Virus record (IMG/VR): IMGVR_UViG_3300031227_000031
DNA length: 64,000 nt
Reading direction: 5' to 3' (one strand)
Source of the DNA: an uncultured virus (IMG/VR IMGVR_UViG_3300031227_000031)
Lineage: Duplodnaviria; Heunggongvirae; Uroviricota; Caudoviricetes
The translations under genes were made by a program, and so were the position numbers. Below, in pieces: positions 8,954 through 19,370 of the stretch. Every line of letters begins with the position of its first letter. Position 1 is the first letter of the stretch. Under the pieces are notes generated by a model. It saw only the letters and a list, made by a program, of their open reading frames with translations. It was not told the origin of the DNA and ran no database searches.

Positions 8954-10381
8954 TTATTTTGGCAATGCTGTACTACCAACACTAAATTCTTCCCTAGCTC
9001 CTCTTAATGCTCCTATGATTCCAAACCTTGTCAAGTTAGCTGGGGAACCAAGTGCTCCTGTAATTTTACGTATTTTTTCAAATCTATTGAAAGAATCAAT
9101 TTCTTTAAACATTACACCAACTGATTTAGAAAATTCAGGATAAGTTTTTTCAGTAAACTCAACTAAATCTTCAAGAACCTTACGTTCCCCGACAAATGAT
9201 TCTTTCCTAAGACCCTTCAAAGTTGTTCCTTTTTGTATTCCAGTACCTTTAGCCTTTGTGGTCATAGAATTTATTTGTATTCTAAATTTATCTAACTTAG
9301 AAAATTTAGCATTTAAAGATAACAGCTTTTCTTTTTGTGCTCCTGCATTTCGGGCAATAATATCAGCAAGTTCCTTAACATCACCCATAGATATTCCCTC
9401 TGCTTGAGTTGCTTTATCTGCACCTGTCCAAACATTCTTTGGAACACTATCATCTATCAAATCTTTCAAAGCCTTTACTTCAGAAATATCTTGAGGAGGA
9501 ATGATTTCTGATTTAGTAAATGGTTTACCTCTTTTTGTTAAGATCTTTCCTGTTTCAGTTCTTTTTCCTAACTCTATTCCACTTTTTTTCCCTATCTGCC
9601 TATTGTATCTTCTAATTGTTTCTTTTGGTAATCTTTCCATAAACTCTTGCGCTAATTGACTTTCTTCAGCAGCTATTTTATTACCACCAATTCCTTTTTG
9701 TCTATTATAAAGTTTACCAAATTCTCGCTTAACTGAATCCATGATTTCATTAAAAGATTGTTTAAGTGTTTCTCCTTTTCTTATGAAAAACCTTGAATTA
9801 TTCCGTTCTCTAGCTTTCTTCATTGCTTTAAGTGCTCTTCCAGCTTTATTGGTTGATTTTATAAGTTTACCCTTACTTGCTAATGCACCAATCCCCAATG
9901 TTGCACTAAGCCCAACAGTTGCGGCAATAGCTTCATTTAATGGACCACCAAAACCAGACGCTCTAATGGAATCACCAAATTCACCAAGTTTTTCTCCAGT
10001 AAGTCCTTTCACTAAATCACCAGGAACTTCTCCCGGTTCGCCCCTTTGAAGAGCTAATAAAGGATTTGCTAATGCAGCTTCTCCTCTTTGAAGTATTCCG
10101 CCCCCAGCCTGAAGTACTGTTTGTCCTATTTTCTTAAAAACTTCTCCCCCAATTCCAGCTCCTGCTGCTTGTGTAACTTTACGAACAGGGCTTCCAGCCT
10201 TCTCAAACGATAATGGTTCTTGGAATGTTTTTGGTGCTTGACTTAACAAATCCGTCCTTCCAGCAATTCTCTGTTCAGTTTCTTCCACTCTCGGTGCACC
10301 TGGAATATTTCTTGCTGGAGTATCATCAGTGGTCACCAATAACTTTGTTCCGTCTTCTAATGTTATTTTAAATTTACCCAT
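8954..10381 (-). CDS. Internal virion/ejection protein
   Basis: Position after tail genes; basic helical composition; TAATG coupling. Confidence 0.6.
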   Translation of the reverse strand: MGKFKITLEDGTKLLVTTDDTPARNIPGAPRVEETEQRIAGRTDLLSQAPKTFQEPLSFEKAGSPVRKVTQAAGAGIGGEVFKKIGQTVLQAGGGILQRGEAALANPLLALQRGEPGEVPGDLVKGLTGEKLGEFGDSIRASGFGGPLNEAIAATVGLSATLGIGALASKGKLIKSTNKAGRALKAMKKARERNNSRFFIRKGETLKQSFNEIMDSVKREFGKLYNRQKGIGGNKIAAEESQLAQEFMERLPKETIRRYNRQIGKKSGIELGKRTETGKILTKRGKPFTKSEIIPPQDISEVKALKDLIDDSVPKNVWTGADKATQAEGISMGDVKELADIIARNAGAQKEKLLSLNAKFSKLDKFRIQINSMTTKAKGTGIQKGTTLKGLRKESFVGERKVLEDLVEFTEKTYPEFSKSVGVMFKEIDSFNRFEKIRKITGALGSPANLTRFGIIGALRGAREEFSVGSTALPK

Positions 10382-11592
10382 TATTTCATCACCTCAATAG
10401 CGGTAATCTTTTTACCTTGCAATATTCCACCAACAACTAAATTATCTTCACCAAATTTAGTTTCTTGTTGTAACCTTTGCACTGTTTCTTTCTTTAACAA
10501 TCCTGGTTCAATCTCAAATATTTGCTGAATATTTGAAGAAACAAATTGATTCTCGAAATCTTCTAATGCTTTAGGTAAAATAATATCTATAACATTGTCC
10601 TGTTGTTCTTTTGTTAAATTATTCCATGCTTTTTTTCTAGCACCAATTCCTTTAATATTCTTAAATGCATCAATATATTCCCATGGACTTGCGGCCATAT
10701 CAGTTGAAATACTATTGACATAAGAATCAGCCGTAGTTTGAATAGCACTTTCTATTGTTGATCTTATATTAATTCCGGTCTTTTTAAATAAATTAACTAT
10801 TCTTACTGCCCTGGCTCCTGGTATAGCATTAGCACCAATGGCAGCAGCAACTTCAATCAAGCCTCCTTTAAAACCTTCGACAAATTCATTGGCTCTTGTT
10901 ACTCCCAGAACCTCACTAATTGTTCCGCCAATTAATCCAGGTTTAATTCCGGGTACAATTTTCTGAGTTCTTTTAGCAACATCAACAAAAGACCTTAAGG
11001 AATTCCCAAGTTTTAACTTTGCACTTCTTAGATTAACCTGTCTTTTTGAAACATCTTTTACATCTTGCGCTTCAAGTTGTTTCTGAGCCCCAAACTCTAT
11101 ATCTTCTTTCTTTATTGCTCTTCTGCCTTCAGGAGTTAAACCCTTAAGAGTATACTCTCTTATTTTTTTATTAATTTCTTCAGCTTGCGCTTTTGGACTC
11201 ATTGGATACTTGGTTCCGGATACCCCCGTTGTTGGCGGCGATGGTTGTTGTATAGGCAATGTTGGCGCTGCGGTTTGCCCTCCGCCTGCCATTCCGCCGA
11301 TTGCGCTTGGTTGCTGTTCGCTTATAGATGCTGTTGGGGGTGCGGGGGTACCCCCCGCTGTAGAACTAGCGTCACCCGGAAGTGGACCAATCATATTAAC
11401 AATATCACGCGGGTCGTACCCCTGACCGATCAGAGCAACAAACTGAGCATTATAGTTTGAAGCAGTATCACTCTTTGATTCAAACTGTTGTTTGAACCCT
11501 TCTTTCTCAATATCTCGTTTGTGCTGAAGGGTCGCGTCATTAAATGCTTTTTTAAGATTTAGAAATTTAGATAATACACCAAATTCAGCCAT
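10381..11592 (-). CDS. Internal virion/ejection protein
   Basis: Position; Pro/Gly linker plus helical domain. Confidence 0.6.
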   Translation of the reverse strand: MAEFGVLSKFLNLKKAFNDATLQHKRDIEKEGFKQQFESKSDTASNYNAQFVALIGQGYDPRDIVNMIGPLPGDASSTAGGTPAPPTASISEQQPSAIGGMAGGGQTAAPTLPIQQPSPPTTGVSGTKYPMSPKAQAEEINKKIREYTLKGLTPEGRRAIKKEDIEFGAQKQLEAQDVKDVSKRQVNLRSAKLKLGNSLRSFVDVAKRTQKIVPGIKPGLIGGTISEVLGVTRANEFVEGFKGGLIEVAAAIGANAIPGARAVRIVNLFKKTGINIRSTIESAIQTTADSYVNSISTDMAASPWEYIDAFKNIKGIGARKKAWNNLTKEQQDNVIDIILPKALEDFENQFVSSNIQQIFEIEPGLLKKETVQRLQQETKFGEDNLVVGGILQGKKITAIEVMK

Positions 11593-12032
11593 TATGCTAC
11601 CCTCCCGGCTCCTTGTGGAACTCCTTGTGGAGCTGGCTGTGATTGGGTGGGAGCACCGCCCCCTGTCCCTGCACCTGCGAGTTGCTCACCCGAGATTACC
11701 TTACCTTCAAGGATAATCCCGGCAAGTCCTAGTTTTATTATTAAGTCTTGTATTAGTTCAGGCTGTTGTTTCAAGATTTCTAGCAATGTTTGGAACGGTA
11801 GGTTAAGACCTGCCTGAACAGCCGCTTGAGGCCACATAGATGCTAGTTTGGTTATGTCTAAGTACCCATTCTGGTCAGTAGCTTGAGGGATTATCTGTTC
11901 TAATACATTTACAATCTTCTGTATATCAGCACCTTGAACCTGACCGGGCATGACTTCGGGGATTCCCTGAAACGGTGAAAGTTCTCCGCCCTGTGGTTGT
12001 CCACCCGCTATTTGTTGTACTCTGTTTGCCAT
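11592..12032 (-). CDS. Gln/Gly-rich putative virion protein
   Basis: Coupled ORF in the ejection cluster. Confidence 0.55.
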   Translation of the reverse strand: MANRVQQIAGGQPQGGELSPFQGIPEVMPGQVQGADIQKIVNVLEQIIPQATDQNGYLDITKLASMWPQAAVQAGLNLPFQTLLEILKQQPELIQDLIIKLGLAGIILEGKVISGEQLAGAGTGGGAPTQSQPAPQGVPQGAGRVA

Positions 12033-12043
12033 TGTATTCTCCT

Positions 12044-13594
12044 TTATGCTGTTCCGAATCCAGCTGATAAGATTTGGGCCATTATGTTTTGGAAGGCTTC
12101 GAAATTTTCATTTTCAAGTGAACGTTTTAGTTCTTCTTCTTGACCTATTACTTGAGCTATTTCAAAAGCCAATTTACTATCAAATTCATTCTTAGCAAGT
12201 GATTGGGAAAGACCGTATTGTTTAGCCTGAATAGCATCACCGAGTGCTCGATTTCTTACATCCTGCTCGGCAAACTCAAGACTCTCAGCACGGTTCTTTT
12301 CTATATCCCCTAACTGACGCTGAATATCACTTGATGTTTGAACACTTGTACCAAATGAAGCAGCACGTTGTTTCAAATCAATAACTTGTTTGTCGAAAGA
12401 TTCATTGATACGAGAGAATGTTCTATCACTTTCGAATGTAAAATCTTTCATTAAGTCTTCAAGCGGTGTATCCACTAACCTTACAAGTTCAGCACCAGTT
12501 GCTTGAGGTAATCCAACATCTGAACCAAGAATATCTCGAAGACGATTAGTGGTACGCTCAACATCTAAAGTTACTGGCGGACGTTCTTGAAGTTGTCCTG
12601 CTAACATTCCAAGACCAGCTTCTTTCCCGGCTTGATTCATTCTAGTAATCAATGATCCTTTAGGCCCAGCAGTTCCACCTGCAATGTTTCCTAAATCAAA
12701 CCTACTTTGTCCAGTTCCAACAATACCTTCACCAGTTGCGTAATTAACTTGTCCACCAAAATTTCCTGACCCGGCAATACCACCAGCTAACTTTTGAGCA
12801 CCTTGAACACCTGGGACTGTTACGCTAGATATTCCCGCAGGAGTTGACATACCTGTTACTGTCCCCCCTGCAACTGGAGGTACATTAGAAGGTAATCCAG
12901 CAACACGTCCAGCAGGTTGACCAACAGCACTAGCACCACCTGATGCAACACTACGAAATCCACCTGCTAACTGACTACCAATAGAGCCACCTGCAGCTTG
13001 AGCGCCGGAACCAAACAATCCAGCAGCACTTCCACCAGCACCACCCATAAGTCCACCAAGAAGTGCACCTTTAACACCACCTTTGGCCCCGCCGACACCC
13101 GCACCTATCATAGTACCAGCAACAGTTAACCCTTGAAGTCCACTAACCCAAGCGCCTACAGTAGATAATCCCGGAATTGCGCCAATAGCGGTACCTAAAG
13201 CACCACCAACAAAAGAACCAACAGTAGCTATGGCAGTACCAACAGCACCAACGGCATTGAAAATAATAGTTCCAATAGCACCAACAATTCCAGACCCCAC
13301 AATCTTCTTCGCCTCGGCATAAGATACAGGAGTCCCCATAGGTTTCTTGGCAAGAACGTAACCTGAGTATTTAAGTTCAGGCATGACTTCTTTATCTTTT
13401 ATAATAACAAAATGGTCAGGACTGTTCGCATGAAAGATTGCGGGACGTTGAACTAATGTCAACTTATCCTGTGAAACTTTGAATACAAAGAGTCTAGTCC
13501 CATTCTCCTTTGCCATCTGAAGAAGGGTAAACGCTGATGTCTGACTTATTTCTTTAACTTGGTTTAAGGCTTCCAACCCGCAACACGTTATCAT
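12044..13594 (-). CDS. Ejection (DNA pilot-like) protein with N-terminal C39-like peptidase
   Basis: CCGLEAL...PAIFH...DHFVII...YSGYVL, then EAKKIVGS/G, a Gly/Ala-rich hydrophobic region and a coiled-coil C-terminus. Confidence 0.7.
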   Translation of the reverse strand: MITCCGLEALNQVKEISQTSAFTLLQMAKENGTRLFVFKVSQDKLTLVQRPAIFHANSPDHFVIIKDKEVMPELKYSGYVLAKKPMGTPVSYAEAKKIVGSGIVGAIGTIIFNAVGAVGTAIATVGSFVGGALGTAIGAIPGLSTVGAWVSGLQGLTVAGTMIGAGVGGAKGGVKGALLGGLMGGAGGSAAGLFGSGAQAAGGSIGSQLAGGFRSVASGGASAVGQPAGRVAGLPSNVPPVAGGTVTGMSTPAGISSVTVPGVQGAQKLAGGIAGSGNFGGQVNYATGEGIVGTGQSRFDLGNIAGGTAGPKGSLITRMNQAGKEAGLGMLAGQLQERPPVTLDVERTTNRLRDILGSDVGLPQATGAELVRLVDTPLEDLMKDFTFESDRTFSRINESFDKQVIDLKQRAASFGTSVQTSSDIQRQLGDIEKNRAESLEFAEQDVRNRALGDAIQAKQYGLSQSLAKNEFDSKLAFEIAQVIGQEEELKRSLENENFEAFQNIMAQILSAGFGTA

Positions 13595-13595
13595 A

Positions 13596-14054
13596 TTATG
13601 ACTCCTTTAACTTATTTAAAAATGGATGACCTTTGGCGTAATTGTACCAACGAACTTCCTTAACTTTATCCCTCATTCCAAGTTCTTCGAGTTTGCGTTT
13701 AACCCCAAACATACTTGCATTTCTTTCCAGAACACACATGGTTATATATAAAATGTTTCCATCATGAATTTTCTCAGGCAACGTCCACCTGAGTTTGTTG
13801 AGTTTAACAAAATCTTCTTCATTAATCTGAACCCAACTGCACATTCCCATCAACGACTTATCTTTTAAAACAATAACTTGATTCTCGTCCATCAACCGTT
13901 TGAAATAGTTGATGAAGTTTTCTTTGTGATACCAGATAGACTTTTCTATTATCTGACCTTTATCAACACGGTGAAGGTTATAGTGTACTAGATAAAGAAG
14001 TTCAGCAAGTGAAACATCGGTATCTTGTATCAAGTTAAATTTACGTAATGCCAT
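13596..14054 (-). CDS. HlyC-like (toxin-activating) acyltransferase homologue
   Basis: LHR...ENQVIVL...MGMCSWVQINEE...DGNILYI parallels HlyC LHR...NQYVLL...VAYCSWANLS...SGDRKWF. Confidence 0.6.
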   Translation of the reverse strand: MALRKFNLIQDTDVSLAELLYLVHYNLHRVDKGQIIEKSIWYHKENFINYFKRLMDENQVIVLKDKSLMGMCSWVQINEEDFVKLNKLRWTLPEKIHDGNILYITMCVLERNASMFGVKRKLEELGMRDKVKEVRWYNYAKGHPFLNKLKES

Positions 14055-14263
14055 CCATCTCCGGGGAAATAGATATATATTCTATATGCCCCGCCTCCAC
14101 TGTTATAAGCGCGTATCTCGACGTCGCTTGGTGCATCAGATGGTACTGAACTAACTACTTTGAATCCTATATTCCCTAAGTTCCATAACGAAATGATTTC
14201 CGATACGAATTCCTTAAGGTTCCTATCTCTTGTTTTAATAAAATAATCGTCGAGCTTTGTCAT
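14030..14263 (-). CDS. Small tail-associated protein
   Basis: Coupled to the gp10-like gene. Confidence 0.6.
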   Translation of the reverse strand: MTKLDDYFIKTRDRNLKEFVSEIISLWNLGNIGFKVVSSVPSDAPSDVEIRAYNSGGGAYRIYIYFPGDGWHYVNLT

Positions 14264-17200
14264 TACTTTCCACCGCCGATTGGTCGGCTTATAAACTCAA
14301 GTGACCATAACTTAAACGCTGCTAATATTGAGTCGTCTGAAATTTTAAGCTGGATTAAATTGTCAACTCTATCTGGACTATAATTATATGAGTTTGAACT
14401 TACACCCAATGTTTTATCAGTCCACGAAGTTTCCCAGTCCGCCCTCCAACTTATGATCGGCGTTGCGACTACACTATCAGTTACAATATCAAGCTCATCA
14501 ATCTTGTTAAGTATGGTTGACTTCCCTATCTTCGGTGAAACCCAGTATGCGTCAATAGCAGTACCATTATCACTATTAGTACTATTAAGAAGAGATACAA
14601 GTCCGTCCGAAACGCCCTGAACATATACAACTCGCTGACCGTTCCCGTTATCACATACATCTGCCGAGCGGAAAATTCTGTTACTGAACCCCCAGAAACT
14701 ATCGTTAACGTAATCATAGATGATGGAGTCGGTAACTTCCGTCGCTGTACCGAGCGGGACAAATAACTCTATCCACCCCAAGTCCTGATGGTTTATAGAA
14801 TACGCTTTATTAAGAGCAGCAGCATTGATGTTGGTTGTATAGAAACTTGACAGACCGTTATTCACTGAGATTCTATCACTAATAGATGTTGAAGACCCGC
14901 CATCAAAGATGTATATCTTCCGGTCAGTCCCAAGAAAGAATACCTGTTCACCATCAGCAGTATCAAAGTTGACTACTGAACGTGGTGAAGCTGTACCTAC
15001 TGTCTTCTTAATCTCTTTAATATCAACTAACGGGGTTGAACCAGTATATGTAAACCTGTGCATACTCCATTTTTTCGTGACATACATCTTATCATTTAAG
15101 AGAAACGAACCTGTAAGCCCTATATCTCCGGCAGTAATAAGGGTATCTGAACCACTGGTCAACCCATCCCAACTATCATATGTCCCTACTACTGACCGCT
15201 GAATAACATCAGAGTTGTCCGTGACTAACCCAGTATCTTTTTGTGTTATAGCAACATGGTCAACGTAATAACTCCCTAAAGCAAGAGCAAGAAACTTTAC
15301 TTTAATCTCAGTCGCAGCACTAACTGGAGTGAATGAAAATGTTTCGTAGAAGAACGCTGTTGAACCAGTAGCATGAAGAACATCGCTATCGTAGGTTGAC
15401 GTTCCGTCAGTAATTCTCCATTGGTATGATGTTGAGGCAGCAGTTTTTACCCATGCTCCCAACACAGAAGGTTGACCTGCTATGCCGGAACCGGAAGTTA
15501 AAGTTTGAACAAGCGTCCCGCCAAGGGATGCAATATTGTTTGTGACTATTGTAGAATAAAGGTCTGTTTTAATCTTTCCTGTATCAGCACTTTCTTGAAT
15601 TGCAGTTGTATAATTCTCAGTCCCAACCCCGTCTGAATATATAGCTTCAACCTCATCAACTGTTAATGCTTTCTTGTAATAACGGAAATCATCTAGTTTC
15701 CCGTCGAAGAACAACGCATCTCCACCACCTGCAGAACTTATACAAGCAAGTCGTCCTGTATTAATGGTTCCCGTACTTGCTGTAATCGCAGCACACCAAG
15801 CTCCTTTGTCAGTACTGTTATTCCAACTTAACGTAACATCTACTGCATTAAGGTATATCTTAAGAGCACTTCCGTCTTGAACATAAGCTAAATGTTGTCG
15901 AGAAGAAAGTGAAATTCCAGATGCGGGAACAGCTTTTAAAGCTACAGTTGATGCTGTAGGGTCAATAACTATCTTACCATCTGCGGTAGTATAAAGTTGA
16001 CCATCAGAACTTAATTCTGAAATTGAGAAAACCACATCATCTTCAGCCATAACATCAGGTGTAATCCAGTAACAAATTGAACCCGCAGTATCATCGGCAA
16101 TAGCAGTAGCAACACCATTAGCATTAATAAGATGGCTGCTTGCAGAGGTAAAAGAAAGACTCTTGAATATACCTTCTGTGACGGACAATAAAGATGTATT
16201 TACAGACGCAGTACCGTCATGAGCAGTTGACCCAACATCATCTATGGCGGTATTTGCAGCGTTGTCATTACACTTATAATGAGTATAAGGTTGAGTAGGG
16301 TATATACTCCAGTTAGTTGGCGGCCCTGCTGACCCGGCATCCCAGGTTGTGAAGTTCCCGTTTGTGATATAGTTAGTAACTGCTAAATTATCTGAAATGT
16401 AAAGGTAATCAAGATACCAGTCAACTGGGCTATCAGTATCTTTGCCAATCAAATCAATCTGTCCGTCATTCCCGGCGCTGACATTTGAGCAGTCGTACTG
16501 AAGACCTTGGGCTACACTATTCCTATAAATATCAACCCGTGCGGATGTTAAAGAACTCGCTGTTATTATAAACTTCCATTCCCGCCACACATCATCTGCA
16601 ATTATATTAACATTAACTTCGTTCCAAGTTGTTCCATCGTAAATCTCTAACCCATCATCAGAAAATCTTACACGGAAAAGTATAATCCCGTTATCCACAG
16701 CTATTTCAGCATAGTTTCCACCTGCAGCTGATTCCATAACATCAAAGTAAGTCTTGACTTCAAGGGCAAAGTTATCAGGTAACATTCCTACATTCTTTGT
16801 TCGTTTAGCAAGGTCACCATTGGCTGGGGCGCTGAATCTAAATGTGCTGTTAGTTTGGAATGTTCCTTGAGTTGACGCACCCGTTCCCGTATCATTATCA
16901 GTCCATGTTGTTATTGAAGAACACTCTTCTGTCTTGCTTTTTCCACTTCCTAAGTTCAATATCCAAACATGAGTTTTCCATACTTGAGGGTATTTACCTT
17001 GTGGAACTGTACCGCTACCATTGTAGTCAAGATTAAAATGACTTGCGTCTGAGACAACCATTCGCTGTGGTTTATCACGGGATTCAGTTGTCATAATGAG
17101 AGTACCTTGATACGTCACAAAGTGCATGATATCATTAGAGAACACTGTACCGTTATTCGCGTCTTCACTTAATGTATCCCATGTGCCATCCCACGCCGTA

Positions 17201-17487
17201 CCTGAAATATCCATCTTCTTAAGACCTGAACCAAATAGGGTAACAAGAAGTTGCGATGTTGCGGACTTCACCCAATTATATATTCCATTACCCGCAGGAT
17301 TTCCGGTGAGCGTAGATACAGTAAGTTTTTTAAATCCTAATCGTTTCCTGAGATACTTACCTTCGGCGTACACGTCTTGGCAATTCGGGGAAAACTTCGG
17401 GTCAAGTTCAGTTACAGCCGCACGAGTAAACAGTCCACCGCTGAAATCATTTAGTTTAGTACTGGTACGATCTTTTCCGCCTTTCAA
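14263..17487 (-). CDS. P22 gp10-like tail hub/stabilisation protein with inserted lectin (LamG-like, CBM-like) domains
   Basis: DFSGGL N-terminus, LRKRLG, beta-propeller-like C-terminus; FDGKLDDFRYYKKALT LamG motif. Confidence 0.75.
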   Translation of the reverse strand: MKGGKDRTSTKLNDFSGGLFTRAAVTELDPKFSPNCQDVYAEGKYLRKRLGFKKLTVSTLTGNPAGNGIYNWVKSATSQLLVTLFGSGLKKMDISGTAWDGTWDTLSEDANNGTVFSNDIMHFVTYQGTLIMTTESRDKPQRMVVSDASHFNLDYNGSGTVPQGKYPQVWKTHVWILNLGSGKSKTEECSSITTWTDNDTGTGASTQGTFQTNSTFRFSAPANGDLAKRTKNVGMLPDNFALEVKTYFDVMESAAGGNYAEIAVDNGIILFRVRFSDDGLEIYDGTTWNEVNVNIIADDVWREWKFIITASSLTSARVDIYRNSVAQGLQYDCSNVSAGNDGQIDLIGKDTDSPVDWYLDYLYISDNLAVTNYITNGNFTTWDAGSAGPPTNWSIYPTQPYTHYKCNDNAANTAIDDVGSTAHDGTASVNTSLLSVTEGIFKSLSFTSASSHLINANGVATAIADDTAGSICYWITPDVMAEDDVVFSISELSSDGQLYTTADGKIVIDPTASTVALKAVPASGISLSSRQHLAYVQDGSALKIYLNAVDVTLSWNNSTDKGAWCAAITASTGTINTGRLACISSAGGGDALFFDGKLDDFRYYKKALTVDEVEAIYSDGVGTENYTTAIQESADTGKIKTDLYSTIVTNNIASLGGTLVQTLTSGSGIAGQPSVLGAWVKTAASTSYQWRITDGTSTYDSDVLHATGSTAFFYETFSFTPVSAATEIKVKFLALALGSYYVDHVAITQKDTGLVTDNSDVIQRSVVGTYDSWDGLTSGSDTLITAGDIGLTGSFLLNDKMYVTKKWSMHRFTYTGSTPLVDIKEIKKTVGTASPRSVVNFDTADGEQVFFLGTDRKIYIFDGGSSTSISDRISVNNGLSSFYTTNINAAALNKAYSINHQDLGWIELFVPLGTATEVTDSIIYDYVNDSFWGFSNRIFRSADVCDNGNGQRVVYVQGVSDGLVSLLNSTNSDNGTAIDAYWVSPKIGKSTILNKIDELDIVTDSVVATPIISWRADWETSWTDKTLGVSSNSYNYSPDRVDNLIQLKISDDSILAAFKLWSLEFISRPIGGGK

Positions 17488-18611
17488 CGTACACCGTTCT
17501 TTCTAAGTCCATTCATACGTTTAACTCTTTGACTTAACCTGCGTTTGGATTCAACAGAAAGGTCTAGGCCTACAGCATTGTTATAGAACCCTAACCATTT
17601 CTCAGCCTGAACACAGTCAGGGTCAACAAGCGCCGCAGTGCGGTAAAGAATAGCATCGTCGAATCGTGCAGGCCACTTACTTATTTCTGCAATAGTATAT
17701 TCCTGATCCCCGGCTGATGCTCCTGCAAAAGTTGAGTCAAGGGTTAAAGAAGACGCATCCTCGACTGATTTAACCTTGTACCATACAGAAGAAGACCCCG
17801 TACCATCAGCATCGTTGCGGAAGTAATAAGTATTGGTTCCCGTTGTAATACTAACACTCCATGTAGTTACACCTTCAGTGGCAGTAACAGCAGTCGAGTT
17901 TGACAATGATACGTAAGCTGTAGTGTATTCTGATAAAGTTGTGAGTTCGGGAATATATGAATACCCTAAATTCTCAGCGGCATCAGGGCCAGAGATTACA
18001 CGAAGGTAAGGTGTTTCGCTTTCCCACTCAACATTGTAGGCATACAGTTGTCCGATAACTCCATTTGTGTTCTGATCAAACTTACTGTCATCCCACGGGG
18101 TCAAGAATATCTTGGCCTTGTTAATCCATTTGTAGACCACTTGAGGTATATTTTCTTGGTCTTCCACCATATATGCGAAATCGGATGCGAGAGAATAACG
18201 GTCTTGGAAGAGAATATAGGAAAGCCCTGAACCTGAAGAACCTGTCCATGTAAGGGAATTGTTGTATGTAACCCCAGTTGCAGCTGTATAGGTCACGCGG
18301 AACATCTCACTTCCATTGCTAACTCTTAACCAGTTGTTTGTGTTAGCCGAAGTCCAAGTGGTTCCTAACCCGATAACACCAGCTGTTCCTGTTCCCACAG
18401 TCACAGTTCCTACAGTATAGTCTGCCTGAGTAACAATAAACGCTTCTTTCTTTATATATCTTTCGGGAAGAACTGTGGCAAGATCATTGAGGTATACCTG
18501 GTTTGCAAACCCAAGATACTTACCTTCTTGGTCAGCCGCAGATTCACGTACAAGTTCAAACTGTGCGGCTTCTATAATTTCACTTATCGGTCTGCGTCCG
18601 TTTACTGGCAT
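17484..18611 (-). CDS. Head-tail adaptor with inserted beta-sandwich repeats
   Basis: YSLASDF and WPARFDDAILY adaptor-type motifs; two YTxGTVT-like inserts. Confidence 0.65.
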   Translation of the reverse strand: MPVNGRRPISEIIEAAQFELVRESAADQEGKYLGFANQVYLNDLATVLPERYIKKEAFIVTQADYTVGTVTVGTGTAGVIGLGTTWTSANTNNWLRVSNGSEMFRVTYTAATGVTYNNSLTWTGSSGSGLSYILFQDRYSLASDFAYMVEDQENIPQVVYKWINKAKIFLTPWDDSKFDQNTNGVIGQLYAYNVEWESETPYLRVISGPDAAENLGYSYIPELTTLSEYTTAYVSLSNSTAVTATEGVTTWSVSITTGTNTYYFRNDADGTGSSSVWYKVKSVEDASSLTLDSTFAGASAGDQEYTIAEISKWPARFDDAILYRTAALVDPDCVQAEKWLGFYNNAVGLDLSVESKRRLSQRVKRMNGLRKNGVR

Positions 18612-18676
18612 TTTATACTCCTCATTTATCTAACCTATTAGTAACCTAACCTTGATACTATCTGGTAATATAGTAA

Positions 18677-18862
18677 TTATCCTTTTGTAATTGATACATA
18701 TACCAATCGGGCCACTATCCCGATAAGTGCCAAAACTACAACTTTACCCCATCCCCACATCATATATACCATAGCACAAAGACCGACTTTTCCGTTTCCG
18801 TTCATCAACTTCAAAATCTGCTTAATATCGGCTTGCATTTCATCTAATAGCTGTTCATTCAC
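18677..18862 (-). CDS. Small membrane protein (holin-like)
   Basis: NGNGKVGL plus a C-terminal TM helix. Confidence 0.5.
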   Translation of the reverse strand: MNEQLLDEMQADIKQILKLMNGNGKVGLCAMVYMMWGWGKVVVLALIGIVARLVYVSITKG

Positions 18863-19004
18863 CAGATGTCCCCCTTTACTTTACGGATCGCATCTTCAAC
18901 GACTATTTCCTTACCACACTTTCTACACGCAACAACTTCGACCTTCAAGTCTTTAAGGCCCCTTGAACACCCGCAATACGGACACTTTATGAGATCGTTT
19001 CTAC

Positions 19005-19106
19005 TCACCGTCTACCGGAACTTCTTGTCTTTGCACACCCGCCACGACCTCTGTTTACTCGTCTACCTCTACCCGATCCATTTCGTCTTGGTACGCCTCT
19101 AGCCAT
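19005..19106 (-). CDS. Tiny Arg/Gly-rich basic peptide (33 aa, not in ORF track)
   Basis: MARGVPRRNGSGRGRRVNRGRGGCAKTRSSGRR* with SD aggagg. Confidence 0.65.
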   Translation of the reverse strand: MARGVPRRNGSGRGRRVNRGRGGCAKTRSSGRR

Positions 19107-19139
19107 TATGTCCTCCTATTTAGTTATACCTAAATTCAT

Positions 19140-19370
19140 TTACATTTCTTCCCATTTAATAACGTTAAAAACCATATTGCATCCAAGATCAGTTTCGTAA
19201 TCAACTTTCTCGAATTTGCCCGTCAGGTTGTAAAAGCCCTTTTTAAGCGTCTTATCCTCTAGTTGTTCGTGTACCCAATGAACTGTTTTACCTTCATGGA
19301 ATGGATAACTGCAAACCTCACATCCAATAACACATCCGATTAATGTTGCTAAAATAACATATTTCATCAA
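19140..19370 (-). CDS. Small exported or membrane-anchored protein
   Basis: MMKYVILATLIGCVIGC hydrophobic N-terminus. Confidence 0.55.
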   Translation of the reverse strand: MMKYVILATLIGCVIGCEVCSYPFHEGKTVHWVHEQLEDKTLKKGFYNLTGKFEKVDYETDLGCNMVFNVIKWEEM

